Positions 40,330 to 51,300 of a stretch of DNA of 64,000 nucleotides are shown here, piece after piece. Position numbers and translations under genes: made by a program. The notes under the pieces were generated by a model. The model was given only the letters and a program-made list of their open reading frames with translations, was not told the DNA's origin and made no database searches. The stretch is from IMG/VR virus record IMGVR_UViG_3300020179_000005, positions 124,001-188,000 of that record; one strand, 5' to 3'. Position 1 is the stretch's first letter. Every line of letters begins with the position of its first letter.

Positions 40330-40671
40330 GAGTGAATCATTGATTTCAATTTGTAACAAGATCTATGAATGAATCATCATTTGGGATTAGTATCATGTCT
40401 GAGGAATGAATCACAAACATTTAATGGTAACATGTAAAGCGAATGAATCATTTTCGCCGATTTGTAACAAACGCAGTAAATGAATCACTAACAACGATTT
40501 TGAACATGATGCACGAATGAATTATAGTCATTGATTTGTAACAATTACTGGGAATGAATCATCAGGATGAATTCGTAGCAAACCACCTGAATGAATCACA
40601 CATCGAAACATGTATCATTAGGTAGAAATGAATCAACACCTTTGATTGTAACACGTACGAAAAATGAACCA
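40330..40671 (+). ncRNA. TIGR-like dual-repeat guide array: 9 units of 37 nt (last 36) plus a terminal edge repeat
   Basis: Edge RAATGAATCA at 40330, 40367, 40404, 40441, 40478, 40515, 40552, 40589, 40626, 40662, alternating with loop ATTTGTAACA-like repeats; unique 8-9 nt spacers between them. Confidence 0.9.
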
Positions 40672-40746
40672 TTTCAAATAAAAGGATCGGAACGAGTGGA
40701 CCCATACCACCCATTCCGACCCTACCAACCACAAAGGAGTCACAAA

Positions 40747-41127
40747 GTGACGACTACAGTATACACCAAAACATCCGACGTTGACAAAATGTTGGACGTT
40801 TTGCGGACTTTAATTTCTTCACCTAGAGTTGAGCCAACTATTATTGACTATCATCCTGAGTCACGTAAGGGAATAGTTTATAAGATTGGTAAATACACCA
40901 AAAAGACCGTAAACTACGTGAAAAGAACAGAGTCAAAAACAGGCGTTCTTGTTGCTACATGGGTAGTAGAAAGCATCGCTTATGCATTGACGTTCTTGGT
41001 ATTGTTGTCTTCCGGTGCAGTAGTTACTGCTGCATTGTGGACAGCTTTGTATGTTTATATTACTTATGCTTTCTTTGACATGCTCAAAGATTCTGTCGTA
41101 TTCAATAGTATAATCAAAGGATCGTAG
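40747..41127 (+). CDS. Membrane protein (2 TM segments); start GTG 40747
   Basis: AAGGAG RBS; the longer track ORF begins inside the array. Confidence 0.6.
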   Translation: MTTTVYTKTSDVDKMLDVLRTLISSPRVEPTIIDYHPESRKGIVYKIGKYTKKTVNYVKRTESKTGVLVATWVVESIAYALTFLVLLSSGAVVTAALWTALYVYITYAFFDMLKDSVVFNSIIKGS

Positions 41128-41135
41128 AAAATATT

Positions 41136-41741
41136 ATGGCGATTAAGTATCCTTCTTTACAAGACTATGTAAATAGTCCAGAAGAAGAAATAAAAAATAT
41201 CACTAGTTCTTTTAGTGACCACGTTAAGCTAACTAACAATGCTGCTTATCGCCCTAGATTGGTATTTTTCGATTTCTTTGGAGACAAGATTTTTGGTATT
41301 GTGGCCAGATCTTATGTAGATGAAACGGATTTCAAGTCTTGCATTGCAGAGATGATGTATTCTTACAGTGCTGTGCATGCAGAAGCATGTGTGCTTGTGC
41401 TTGATTCTACGTATAAATCTAAAGATTCTAAAGATGTTAACAATTGTTTGCATTGTTATTTTGTGGGTGACAAATCGGCCGGCGTAGTCTTTCTTCCTTA
41501 CACTTTGAACGACAAAGAAGTAGTTTGGGACACTGCCCAACAAAGTTCAAAGGAGATAGATCTAAAGGATCACGACGGAGTTACTCAGGAGATGATAGAA
41601 TTGCTTTATGCTTATACACATCTTGATAAACCTCCGTTCAGTATAAATGATTTGTTATCGTACTATACATCAATGCATTATCAATTTAGATCATTTAAGA
41701 ATATGAATATAACGTATATTGATTACAGTAAGAGTAAATGA
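41136..41741 (+). CDS. Hypothetical protein
   Basis: 201-aa ORF. Confidence 0.65.
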   Translation: MAIKYPSLQDYVNSPEEEIKNITSSFSDHVKLTNNAAYRPRLVFFDFFGDKIFGIVARSYVDETDFKSCIAEMMYSYSAVHAEACVLVLDSTYKSKDSKDVNNCLHCYFVGDKSAGVVFLPYTLNDKEVVWDTAQQSSKEIDLKDHDGVTQEMIELLYAYTHLDKPPFSINDLLSYYTSMHYQFRSFKNMNITYIDYSKSK

Positions 41742-41914
41742 AAATATGCAAAAAAACAAACAAAATATAAAAACAGAAAAAGAATATATAACATTAAAAG
41801 ACAAAACCGTAGTTTATTATGTTAAGATCGACACTGTTTCTGACGAACAAGTAGAAGACATGATGACCGAGTCTGTGTCGTACGAATATCAAGAGTCATA
41901 TAGTTAGGAGAGTT

Positions 41915-43603
41915 GTGACTATACAACTTAGACCATATCAACAGGAAGCGCTAGATGCAATAGTCAATAATATTGACAAGAATATTTTTAGACAGCTGAT
42001 AGTTCTTCCGACTGGTTCAGGTAAAACAGTTGTATTTAGTCATCTACCCCAAACTATACCCGATGCTTTACCGATGCTCGTTCTTGCCCACAGAGGTGAA
42101 CTTCTAGAACAGGCCAAGGACAAAATTTTATGGTCCAATCCTGATCTGGATGTTCAAACAGAAAAAGCAGAACAAACTGCAGAACTCTGTGACGTTGTAG
42201 TTGCTTCTGTGCAAACTCTTGGTAGGTCAGATTCTAACAGAATAAATAAATTTTCTAAAAATTATTTTAAGACTATAGTCGTGGACGAAGCACATCATGC
42301 TGCAGCCACAACGTACAGAAGAATATTGGATTATTTTGATCCCAATCTTCTTTTGGGCGTTACCGCTACACCACAACGAAGTGATTCGGTAAGATTGACA
42401 GATGTTTTCGACGAGATAGTTTACTATAAAAATATTCTTGATTTAATTCAAGAAGGATATCTTTGTAGGTTAGTAGGTTATAGAATAAACACAGACACTG
42501 ACATTTCGGAAGTGGAGACAACAAATGGCGATTATATCGCGTCTCAATTGGAAGATACTATCAATAATCCTTACCGTAACAATCTTGTTGTTAAGTCTTA
42601 TCTGGAGATTGCAAAAGATAAAAAAGCCCTCGTATTTGCCGCTGGAGTACAGCACGCAAAAGACCTGGCCGCATCCTTTGCGAGACAAGGGACACCTGTA
42701 CGAGTAGTTCTTGGCGACACTCCAGACGAACAAAGACAATCTACTTTCAATGATTTTCGTTCTGGAAAAATAAAAGTAGTCGTCAATGTGGGTGTATTAA
42801 CCGAGGGCTTTGACGAGCCTTCTGTAGAGGTCGTTATATTGGCTAGACCAACACGATCATCATTGTTGTACACTCAGATAGTCGGTCGTGGAACCCGTCT
42901 ATTTGAGGGAAAAAACAATTGCATGATCATAGACGTAGCCGATACCACGAAAGGCAAAAAGCCTTTGGGTCTCCCCACATTGTTGGGCATGCCGCCAGAT
43001 TTTGACCTGCAAGGTCAAGATTTGGTCGATGTTGCCAACAAGTACAAGGAACTGGAAGCCTACTGCCCAGGAGAGGCCGTTAGGGTGCTTAAACCACAGG
43101 ACATTGATTTAGCGTACAAGAGAATTGATTTGTTCATGCCGCCACCACCTAATCAGTTCATATTACAATATTCAACTTTTGTTTGGGCTGAAACTGCACA
43201 GGATGAATACAGATTGGGCATTGGAAACAACGAATCTTTAAAGATACACACAGACACTCTTGGAAGATTGTCTGTTGTGCACATACAAAAAGTTGGGTTC
43301 AATACTGTTCCTAATGAGACCGTATTAGGATACCCAGCTGATATTAGGGAAGCTTTTGCAAGAAGCGACAGGTGGGTCATAAACAATAGATCTTCCAGCG
43401 TAAATTTAATTGATAATCAATCTGTTTGGAGACATGATGAACCAACTGACAAGCAGAAAAGGTTGCTCAAAAGAATTGGTGTACCTTTGACTGCAGATAT
43501 GACCAAAGGTATTGCAAGCAACATCATAACAAAGTATTATGAAGCTAATCCCAAACCGAAATGGCTTGAAAACAAAATAGCTTCAAATAAGAAATGGAAG
43601 TAA
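41915..43603 (+). CDS. Superfamily 2 DEAH helicase (ResIII/Irc3-like)
   Basis: LRPYQ, LPTGSGKT, VVDEAHH, GVTATP, VLTEGFD, QIVGRGTR. Confidence 0.95.
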   Translation: MTIQLRPYQQEALDAIVNNIDKNIFRQLIVLPTGSGKTVVFSHLPQTIPDALPMLVLAHRGELLEQAKDKILWSNPDLDVQTEKAEQTAELCDVVVASVQTLGRSDSNRINKFSKNYFKTIVVDEAHHAAATTYRRILDYFDPNLLLGVTATPQRSDSVRLTDVFDEIVYYKNILDLIQEGYLCRLVGYRINTDTDISEVETTNGDYIASQLEDTINNPYRNNLVVKSYLEIAKDKKALVFAAGVQHAKDLAASFARQGTPVRVVLGDTPDEQRQSTFNDFRSGKIKVVVNVGVLTEGFDEPSVEVVILARPTRSSLLYTQIVGRGTRLFEGKNNCMIIDVADTTKGKKPLGLPTLLGMPPDFDLQGQDLVDVANKYKELEAYCPGEAVRVLKPQDIDLAYKRIDLFMPPPPNQFILQYSTFVWAETAQDEYRLGIGNNESLKIHTDTLGRLSVVHIQKVGFNTVPNETVLGYPADIREAFARSDRWVINNRSSSVNLIDNQSVWRHDEPTDKQKRLLKRIGVPLTADMTKGIASNIITKYYEANPKPKWLENKIASNKKWK

Positions 43604-43613
43604 ATATGCTATA

Positions 43614-44087
43614 ATGGTTATTACTATGTATGTTTCAAAATATTTAGTAAACCATTTCAGCATTACTCCAGAAAATTTTCCGTCTGTAAAAAAAGACGCT
43701 GAACGAAGAATAAAGTCTTTGTACATACCTGTTGGTTCAAAAGAACCAAAGATATGTTTTAATACCCCCGATGGTGTCAAATCGGAGGTATTTAAACAGC
43801 AAGTTTCTTCTCTTTTGTTGATACCATTGCACCCATATTATCATATGTATGTTGTTACTGATTTTGCGGTTCATCATCATAATGTAAATTTTGTTGCAAC
43901 GTGTTTGTACAGATCATGCACTTTGGCGATGCTTGGATTTCTTTCTACTAACGTGATATCTGGTGATGTGCTTGTATTCGGTTCAGCAAGTGCTCTTGAT
44001 CAGCAGAATCATGAGGTAGATTATTCTGTTCCATACGAGCTTGTTGAACAAATATCAAGATACTACGACCAGAAAATGATAGTATGA
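43614..44087 (+). CDS. Hypothetical protein
   Basis: 157-aa ORF. Confidence 0.55.
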   Translation: MVITMYVSKYLVNHFSITPENFPSVKKDAERRIKSLYIPVGSKEPKICFNTPDGVKSEVFKQQVSSLLLIPLHPYYHMYVVTDFAVHHHNVNFVATCLYRSCTLAMLGFLSTNVISGDVLVFGSASALDQQNHEVDYSVPYELVEQISRYYDQKMIV

Positions 44088-44254
44088 AGTCCAAATATTC
44101 GCCACCTTCTAAATTGAAATGTTATGATTGCAACGTTTATTCTAATCAAGTAAGTTATAAGAAAAAGTTTGATCTTAAACTTTGCGTTTCCTGTTATATT
44201 AACAGAGAAATAAAAAGTTTGGGCAATAAATAAGGTTATACAGAAAGGATATAT

Positions 44255-44485
44255 ATGTCATTAAGTATTATGATTGGTTCAGAAGCAGAAGATTATAAGA
44301 ATATTAAGAATACTATAGTTTTTCTGGAAGCCGTCAAGGAATTGAAACCTCTTGGGCTTATAGATGACGAACGGTTCGAAGAATTGGAATATCTGATTAC
44401 TTGGTACCAGTCTATGTACGACGTCTTGACCAATCCCTTGGTTTCGTCTGAACAGCTTTACGATCCAAGTGAGTTGGTCAAATAG
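44255..44485 (+). CDS. Hypothetical protein
   Basis: AAGGA RBS. Confidence 0.6.
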   Translation: MSLSIMIGSEAEDYKNIKNTIVFLEAVKELKPLGLIDDERFEELEYLITWYQSMYDVLTNPLVSSEQLYDPSELVK

Positions 44486-44491
44486 TTCTAT

Positions 44492-44577
44492 GCCCAGGTG
44501 GCGGAACAGGCAGACGCAAGGGGCTTAAACCCCCTCGACTAGAGATAGTCGTACGGGTTCAATTCCCGTCTTGGGCA
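44492..44577 (+). tRNA. tRNA-Leu(TAA)
   Basis: Anticodon loop CTTAAAC, long variable arm, GGTTCAATTCC. Confidence 0.95.
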
Positions 44578-44598
44578 CATATTGGTTAGGGAGGTGTT

Positions 44599-44925
44599 AT
44601 GCCAGAAACGTTTGATCAAGATTATTCTTGGATAGAAAGTGCAGCATGCAAAGGCATGACACACTTATTTTTTGGGCATGTATCTGAGCGTCCACAAGCT
44701 GCTCATAGGCGCGAAGAAAAGGCTCGTAAAATATGCAATAACTGCGATGTTTTTGAGCAGTGCAGAAACTATGCCCGCTCGAACAGAGAGCATGGTTTTT
44801 GGGCTGGCGAAAATGAATACGACAGATCTTTACTTGGATTTGGTCCACCGAACATAAAGCTCCGTCGTTCAACTGTTTATCGCAGAGCAGCCAACACCAT
44901 TGAAGGTGAAGATATTGGCGAGTAG
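44599..44925 (+). CDS. whiB: WhiB-family Fe-S transcription regulator
   Basis: W..AACKG, LFF, ARKICNNC.V..QC, HGFWAG. Confidence 0.92.
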   Translation: MPETFDQDYSWIESAACKGMTHLFFGHVSERPQAAHRREEKARKICNNCDVFEQCRNYARSNREHGFWAGENEYDRSLLGFGPPNIKLRRSTVYRRAANTIEGEDIGE

Positions 44926-44988
44926 CTCAGTTGGCAGAGCAAGGGACTGTTAATCCCTGGGTCGCAGGTTCGAGCCCTGCCTCGCCAG
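44916..44988 (+). tRNA. tRNA-Asn(GTT)
   Basis: TGGCGAG/CTCGCCA acceptor, loop CTGTTAA. Confidence 0.95.
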
Positions 44989-45025
44989 CACGGTTTATAC
45001 GCATAATATTTATGAAAGGAATATT

Positions 45026-46438
45026 ATGAAGAAGATTTTTATTTCACTTATTGTTTTGGCATTAATGCCTTTGTTTGTTTTTTCGAACACAACAAGTGTC
45101 AAAGCAGATACATTACAGGCGTTAGGGCCAGTTAAGTTCAGAATGAATCTTACAAGAAGTTTGTCGCAGATTGGTGCTGTCAAGGCTCATCAGAATCTAC
45201 ACAAAGGCAATGGGTCTTTTGTGGTCGTTATAGATTCAGGCGTAGATGTTCAATCTTCATTTTTGTCCAACAAGGTGGCGTTGGAAGCATGTTTTGCAGT
45301 AGCCTGTCCAAATGGTACAACCAAAATGATTGGACAGGGAGCCGCAAAGCCGGTTCACTGGCATGGTACTCATGTGGCAGGAATCGTCGCCGGTTCCAAC
45401 GCCAACATGTCAGGAGTCGCACCAGAAGCAAAGATAATTGCAGTAAATATCTTTGACAGATACGGATCTACGTTTGACGGCAATATCATTGCTGCATTGC
45501 GGTGGGTTGATTCGATATCATCCGAATACAACATTGCTGCAGTAAACATGTCTCTTGGCACGACGATGGTATTTAAATCATCTTGCAATAGCTATATTCC
45601 AGATCTTACAAGTATTATCTCTAAACTTAAGTCAAAAAATATTGCCACAGTTGTGTCAGCAGGAAACGCTTATTCTCACGGAATGAGTTCTCCTGCATGC
45701 ATAACCGACACTATCAGTGTAGCTGCAACCTATTATAATAGGGACGAAGTAACTAAGTTTTCCAATGTTCATGAAGATACAGATTTTTCCGCTCCTGGAG
45801 ATAATATATATTCTTCAGAATTGAACGGTTCTTACAGAACTGCTTCAGGTACTTCCATGGCAGCTCCTCACGTTGCTGGTGCTTACGCAGTATACAGATC
45901 CAAGTACGGAGTACAGTCTGTAGACAAAGTAACACAAGACTTTAAGGATAGTTCAATGCCTGCAATAGATGATTTTACATCCATCGTCACAAAAAGAATA
46001 GACCTTGGATATTTGTTTGGTGACGGTCAAATGCCTTCACCCACAACTACAACAACAACGGTTTTGCGTCCGCCAGTAACCACTATCAAGCCTCCTGTTA
46101 CAACTACAACGGTTGTTGCGCCGGCTCCTCCTGAAGGAGACACTGAGTTTGTTTTGACCGTTCCTGAAATATTGGGCATATACAAAGATGTACACGGAAA
46201 AGATTATCTGTATCTTGATTTCAAGTATACTGGTAAAACAGATCTTCTTTCTGCATACTTATTTGATTGTTCATATTCTGGGTCAAACAATGTTTCAAGA
46301 TCTATTCGTAATAGAGGTCATAGATTAAATTATTTTTACGTTGCTATACCAGTATCTAACATTGATTCATGCAGAATTGCTGCTGTTTCAAAGTCTGGTG
46401 TTGTAGGTCAGTATACTGATTATTTCAAGTTAAAATAA
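45026..46438 (+). CDS. Secreted S8 subtilisin-like serine protease
   Basis: Signal peptide; VIDSG, HGTHVAG, SAGN, SGTSMAAPHVAG. Confidence 0.95.
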   Translation: MKKIFISLIVLALMPLFVFSNTTSVKADTLQALGPVKFRMNLTRSLSQIGAVKAHQNLHKGNGSFVVVIDSGVDVQSSFLSNKVALEACFAVACPNGTTKMIGQGAAKPVHWHGTHVAGIVAGSNANMSGVAPEAKIIAVNIFDRYGSTFDGNIIAALRWVDSISSEYNIAAVNMSLGTTMVFKSSCNSYIPDLTSIISKLKSKNIATVVSAGNAYSHGMSSPACITDTISVAATYYNRDEVTKFSNVHEDTDFSAPGDNIYSSELNGSYRTASGTSMAAPHVAGAYAVYRSKYGVQSVDKVTQDFKDSSMPAIDDFTSIVTKRIDLGYLFGDGQMPSPTTTTTTVLRPPVTTIKPPVTTTTVVAPAPPEGDTEFVLTVPEILGIYKDVHGKDYLYLDFKYTGKTDLLSAYLFDCSYSGSNNVSRSIRNRGHRLNYFYVAIPVSNIDSCRIAAVSKSGVVGQYTDYFKLK

Positions 46439-46469
46439 TGCCTTATCTCATCAAGAAAGGAAATATAAA

Positions 46470-47126
46470 ATGAAAGCAATTATTAATGGAATTGAGTTTG
46501 AAGGAACTCCTGAAGAATTTGTCAAGCTTATTGGCAAACATGATTCTTCAGTTTCTTCAAAGGGTTCTGAGGTTTATGTTTTTGATCCCAAAAGATTGAA
46601 CGGGAGTTCAAAGCCAAAGAGCAAAGATGATGCCAAGAGTGAATCCAAGGTAGTCGCAGAAGTAATGGAGACGTACTTAAGCGGCACTGCAGAGTTCCTT
46701 GCGGCACTTTATCGTTATCGTCCAAAGTTCGGTGGCGCATCCTATGCATTCCAGTTGTTTGCAACCGGTAAAGCATTTACCGTCAGATCTTTGGCTCAGA
46801 AGGCCGGTGTATCTTACGACGCGGTTTATGAGGTATTGCAAAGATCATTCAATGCAGGATGCAAAATCGGCATTGACAACAACCATGTTGCACCAGGTAC
46901 ACTACAAAGATCAAAAAAGACTTTGTCTGTTTCCGGTAGCAAAGATGATACAATTTCAATTGCTTTGGAAACCAAGATTAGGTTGGTTTCTTTGGGTACG
47001 GTAGAACAAGCAAAAGTTGCCGCTGACAATACGCGTGTTGCTTTTCGAAAGAACAAAGACTCTAAGACCAAGGCAGTCGTTGTTTCAACAGGTTCACCAC
47101 CCGTAACCAAGATAGTCTACAACTGA
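46470..47126 (+). CDS. Hypothetical protein with HTH-like segment
   Basis: FTVRSLAQKAGVSYDAVYEVL. Confidence 0.6.
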   Translation: MKAIINGIEFEGTPEEFVKLIGKHDSSVSSKGSEVYVFDPKRLNGSSKPKSKDDAKSESKVVAEVMETYLSGTAEFLAALYRYRPKFGGASYAFQLFATGKAFTVRSLAQKAGVSYDAVYEVLQRSFNAGCKIGIDNNHVAPGTLQRSKKTLSVSGSKDDTISIALETKIRLVSLGTVEQAKVAADNTRVAFRKNKDSKTKAVVVSTGSPPVTKIVYN

Positions 47127-47133
47127 TTAGATC

Positions 47134-47206
47134 GCGCCTTTAGCTCAGTTGGTAGAGTAACGGACTTTTAATCCGCTGGTCGCGGGTTCGATCCCCGCAG
47201 GGCGCA
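47134..47206 (+). tRNA. tRNA-Lys(TTT)
   Basis: Loop CTTTTAA, GGTTCGATCCC. Confidence 0.95.
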
Positions 47207-47294
47207 CGGTCCAGCATTAAAAAGTTTGTTTGAAATAAAAGTATGCAGTGACGTACATTTCAAACTAATCAAACAAAAAGTAGGAGGAATTTTT

Positions 47295-47994
47295 ATGCCA
47301 CCATTGAAGAAGAATAAGGTCGTCAAGGAAGAAAAAACGACTTTGGAACAAAAGGTACAAGCAGCAATAAATTCCAGTAGTTATTGTATGATTCCCCATC
47401 TGTATGCAGATTATGTCACCGTTCGTAATCCAATTACCGGAAAGGATCATCATCTGAAGACAGACAGTGAAGTTTTTCTTGAAATGGTTTGGGATTTGAC
47501 CCAAAGAGGGATGAAAGAAAAGATTTTAAAGGATCTTACGGCTTTTTCTGATTTGTATGATCCTAAATGGACAAAGATCATAGATCTTGTAAATGGTTAT
47601 ATCAAAGGCAAGGAAACTGCTAATGTCGAAAAAGTCGAAAGCACTTAGACCTTTTGTAGAGTCCGGCTCTATGAGCGACGTATTGTTGCATTTCATTTAT
47701 ATGTATAGTAGGACCACTGCGTATACAGATCCTACGTCTAGTGAGCTCTATACAATAAATGCTGCAAGATATAAAAAGAAAGACAATTTAGAAAGAGCTC
47801 TGTCTAGATTGTTAAAAATGAAACTAGTGAACTTCTATTCTCACGCTGACGGTAAACGATATTTCATTACCGATCGTGGTATAGATTGCGTGTATAGACT
47901 TGCGGCTCTTAGAAAAAGAAGAGAGATTAAACATAAGCGGGATGCTGGTATAAACAGCACTAATTTTAAGTATGGTTATGATGAACTTTTATAG
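47295..47994 (+). CDS. Two overlapping hypothetical genes (47295..47648; 47623..47994, winged-helix-like)
   Basis: AGGAGG RBS; LSRLLKMKLV…YFITDRG. Confidence 0.6.
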
Positions 47995-48066
47995 GGGCCG
48001 GTAGCTCAGTGGCAGAGTGTCACCTTTACATGGTGAGTGTCGGGGGTTCGATTCCCTCTCGGCTCA
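47995..48066 (+). tRNA. tRNA-Val(TAC)
   Basis: TCACC-TTTACAT-GGTGA anticodon arm. Confidence 0.93.
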
Positions 48067-48074
48067 CGACATAC

Positions 48075-48147
48075 GGGCCGTTAGCTCAGTGGTTAGAGCG
48101 TGGCACTCATAATGCCTTGGTCGTAGGTTCGATCCCTACACGGCCCA
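48075..48147 (+). tRNA. tRNA with CAT anticodon (Ile2 or elongator Met)
   Basis: GGGCCGT/ACGGCCC acceptor, loop CTCATAA; lacks initiator features. Confidence 0.9.
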
Positions 48148-48324
48148 CCGAAACAGTAGCGTTAAGTATCCCGAAACGGTAGTGTTAAATATGACAGATA
48201 TGATTATCAGCAACATAGGTTATGGTTTATTTGTATGTTTGCTTGCGATTAGAATTTATGTAGGTATTAATTTTCTTGATAAAGAATCAAGAACATGTGA
48301 AGTTTGCGGAGTTGATCATGATTC

Positions 48325-51300
48325 ATGAACCATATTAGACAAGGAGTGCAAATAATGGCGAAAGCAAAGAAGCGCAAGGCCAAAGCAAGACCCCGCGCTA
48401 AACGCGCAAAGACGACGAGTGGGGAGCGGTTCCGCGCCAAAATCGCTGCGCTTTGTAAGAACTATTTGATTGACGAAGATGGCGATGGACAAATTATTAT
48501 CTACACGGGTTTGATGGACGATGGAAATGACAACTATGTGTTGTTTGATGATGAGTCGGAGATGGCTTGGAAAGATGGCGCTCAATACTGGCCTGGTTCG
48601 TGACGTTTCTTAAAAGACAGCAAATGAGTATGTTTGATACATGATTCATCAGATTACAAGGAGTACCATGGAAATGCCAATGAAAAACGAATATAAATAT
48701 GTTAAAAAGTATCGTACATTTGGAAAGTACTTGTTAGCAAGTGGTGTAGTATTGTACTTTATATTTATGGGTGCTTTCTTTAGTTCTTGCATAGGCAATA
48801 ACCTATGATGCATGATCCTTCAGATTACAAAGCGTCAATAGTTTTGACATATCAGCAGATGTGGGAAGTGTCTAAGGCCATATCCGCTCGGATAGCTGAT
48901 TGGGTAGGGGCTGGAGTTTTGTCTGAAAAAGATTTAGAAATAGGTTGGTTGACTCAAGTCCAACAAATTTTAGAACCACATATCAGCTATGCGGTGGACC
49001 AATGGGAAAGCGAATTAGTTGATAGAGAAATTTTTGATTTGGATCAAGCTATAAATAAAATGTTAGAAGAAGACGGCAGTGATAGCTGATCATCATAATA
49101 TATTAGACACCACGGGAATAGATATATTTTTTGTGGTAACGATTATATTATGCGCTATAATAGGATTTTATGTTAAGCGTTTAATAGACAAGGAGGATCA
49201 ATAATGATCGTTGAATCTATTTTTGGTTTGATAATTCTTGTTCTTCTTGGTCTAATGTTTGCTATAACCGTAAAATCATATGTTCAGGAAGAGAAAGATG
49301 AAAGAGATTACAAATGAACAATCATGCACATCATCCAATAGTTTGGGATCACGAGCTTGGTGCTTATGTTTACAAGGGTGAGTCGTACAGTGGTCCAAGC
49401 ACAAAGAAGAATCAAAGAGTTGCCTCTGCCTATTCTTTGGAGCATTATAAGGTTCGTCAGTTAGAACTTATAGCCCAAGCTTTAGAGGGCCAAAAGGTCG
49501 TAAATGACTTAATGAGAAAACAATTAACTATACAGAATTATCGAACAGCTTATTTTGCTGAATGAAAGGCCGTATCATGACAAGTAGGGACACCCATGAC
49601 ATAGAAGAGTACGAACGGGAACGGAAAACTACCAATGTCCAACCAGCCCTAATGGTTAAATTAATGATGGAATCTGAACCTTGTTTGTTTGCCAACAAGA
49701 ACAAACCTGTAGTTGTCCCTTACAAAATGCCGTATAATTTAATGGTGATTAGGGACAGAATGCTTGACATTAGTCGTTGGCATGCTCAGCTACAGGTTTC
49801 TTTTGAGCGTATTCTTCGTAGAGAGTCTTTTTATTCTGCCGGTTCGTTGTATATCAAATAGTTGTAAAGGAGTTACGTTATGGACAGTCAAGATATAATT
49901 AATCAGTACAGAATGGCTTTGCGTTTTTGTGCCGAGAACGAATTGCCTATTGGTGTTCACGATTTATTGGATGGTTTGGCCATTGCTGGTTTGAAGCTTT
50001 GTGATTTGAATGACGACGAATATGATGAAGAGGGTGTAAGTTTAACTTCCAAAGCTTACATGTATTCTGTTGTTGAGAATATAGAGACATCTCATCATAG
50101 AAATAAAGAAGTTGATGATTTTGATTCGGATATTGATGATGATCTTGATATTGAGGATTTTTATTCGGTAGATCCGTCTGACGAAACAGAGGTTTAGAAT
50201 GGCAGATATTATAGGTCCAGATGGAATAGCAATACCAAGAAACAACGTTTTTTGTTTACCTTTAAGCCCTGATAATTATTATGGAAGAGCTTCTACGATG
50301 GAAGAAATATCTAGAATGCCCGTACAGCCCACCTTTTACATTGGTCAGAGTAGAGACACACGAGAGTATGTTGGCATATCTTATTCATTGTTGGAAGATG
50401 GTACATATCATTTTTTTGTAAAGAGGAAGGAACGCGGTTCACTTTCTTATAGTGATTATGTTTTGGTTGGCACAAAATATACGAGAGTGAATCTTAAAAA
50501 TGAGTCTCGCTAAGTCTCGCAAAGTTTCCAAAGGTCCTAAAAAGCCTCCCACACCACCACCACCGCCACCGGCGGACGTCCCCAAGGAGAAATAACTATG
50601 GGAATGGATGTATACGGTAAAAATCCGAAAAATAAAAAGGGTGAGTATTTTCGGAATAGCGTATGGTGGTGGCATCCTTTATGGCATTACTGCGAAACTG
50701 TGCACAATGACATTGCACAAAAGGTAGAGGACGGTCATAGCAATAGTGGCTATGGCTTAGATTCAACTGACGCATATAAGCTTGGAATAAAACTTAGACA
50801 GGATTGCGTATCCGGACTTGCTTCGGAGTACGAAAGAAGATACATGGCAGAGTTGAGTCAATTGCCAAAAGAAAAATGCCATCTTTGCCGTGGTACAGGT
50901 ATCATTGTGAAAGAAAATGAATTTTACGTTTCAGCTGATGCAGAATCCGTATCAGGCAGTAAAGTTTGCCATGTTTGTTCTGGAGAAGGATTTACTGATT
51001 CTTTTAGTAAGAATTATCCTTTCTCTGCAGAAAATCTTAGAGATTTTGCTGAGTTTTGTATACATTCCGGTGGATTTAGTATACATTGATATTATTTATT
51101 TTTATTATTGGAGATTACGATGGACAAAGATATTGATGAAATCTTTAATAGTGTAACTAAAAATTTTAACGATAGAGTCAGTCAGCTTAATGCGATGATT
51201 TTAGAAGTTCAGGATCTTTTTCCTCGTTATCGCGAATTGTCTAAATTGATTGTTGAAATATATTCTACTCCATCTCCGGATGAAAATAAGATTACAGAAC

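Noticed and set aside
40525-40533. Spacer TAGTCATTG as a self-target against the TTTATGACTAG motif
   Set aside because: Only 7 nt match the reverse complement, and the partner spacer ATTACTGGG was not seen adjacent to any motif copy in the required arrangement; likely chance, though a computational scan is worthwhile.
40330-40671. CRISPR array
   Set aside because: Repeats are only 9-10 nt, of two alternating types, with 8-9 nt spacers and no cas genes; this fits the TIGR architecture instead.
40591-40746. N-terminal extension of ORF 40591..41127
   Set aside because: It runs through the array; a GTG with an AAGGAG RBS at 40747 is the better start.
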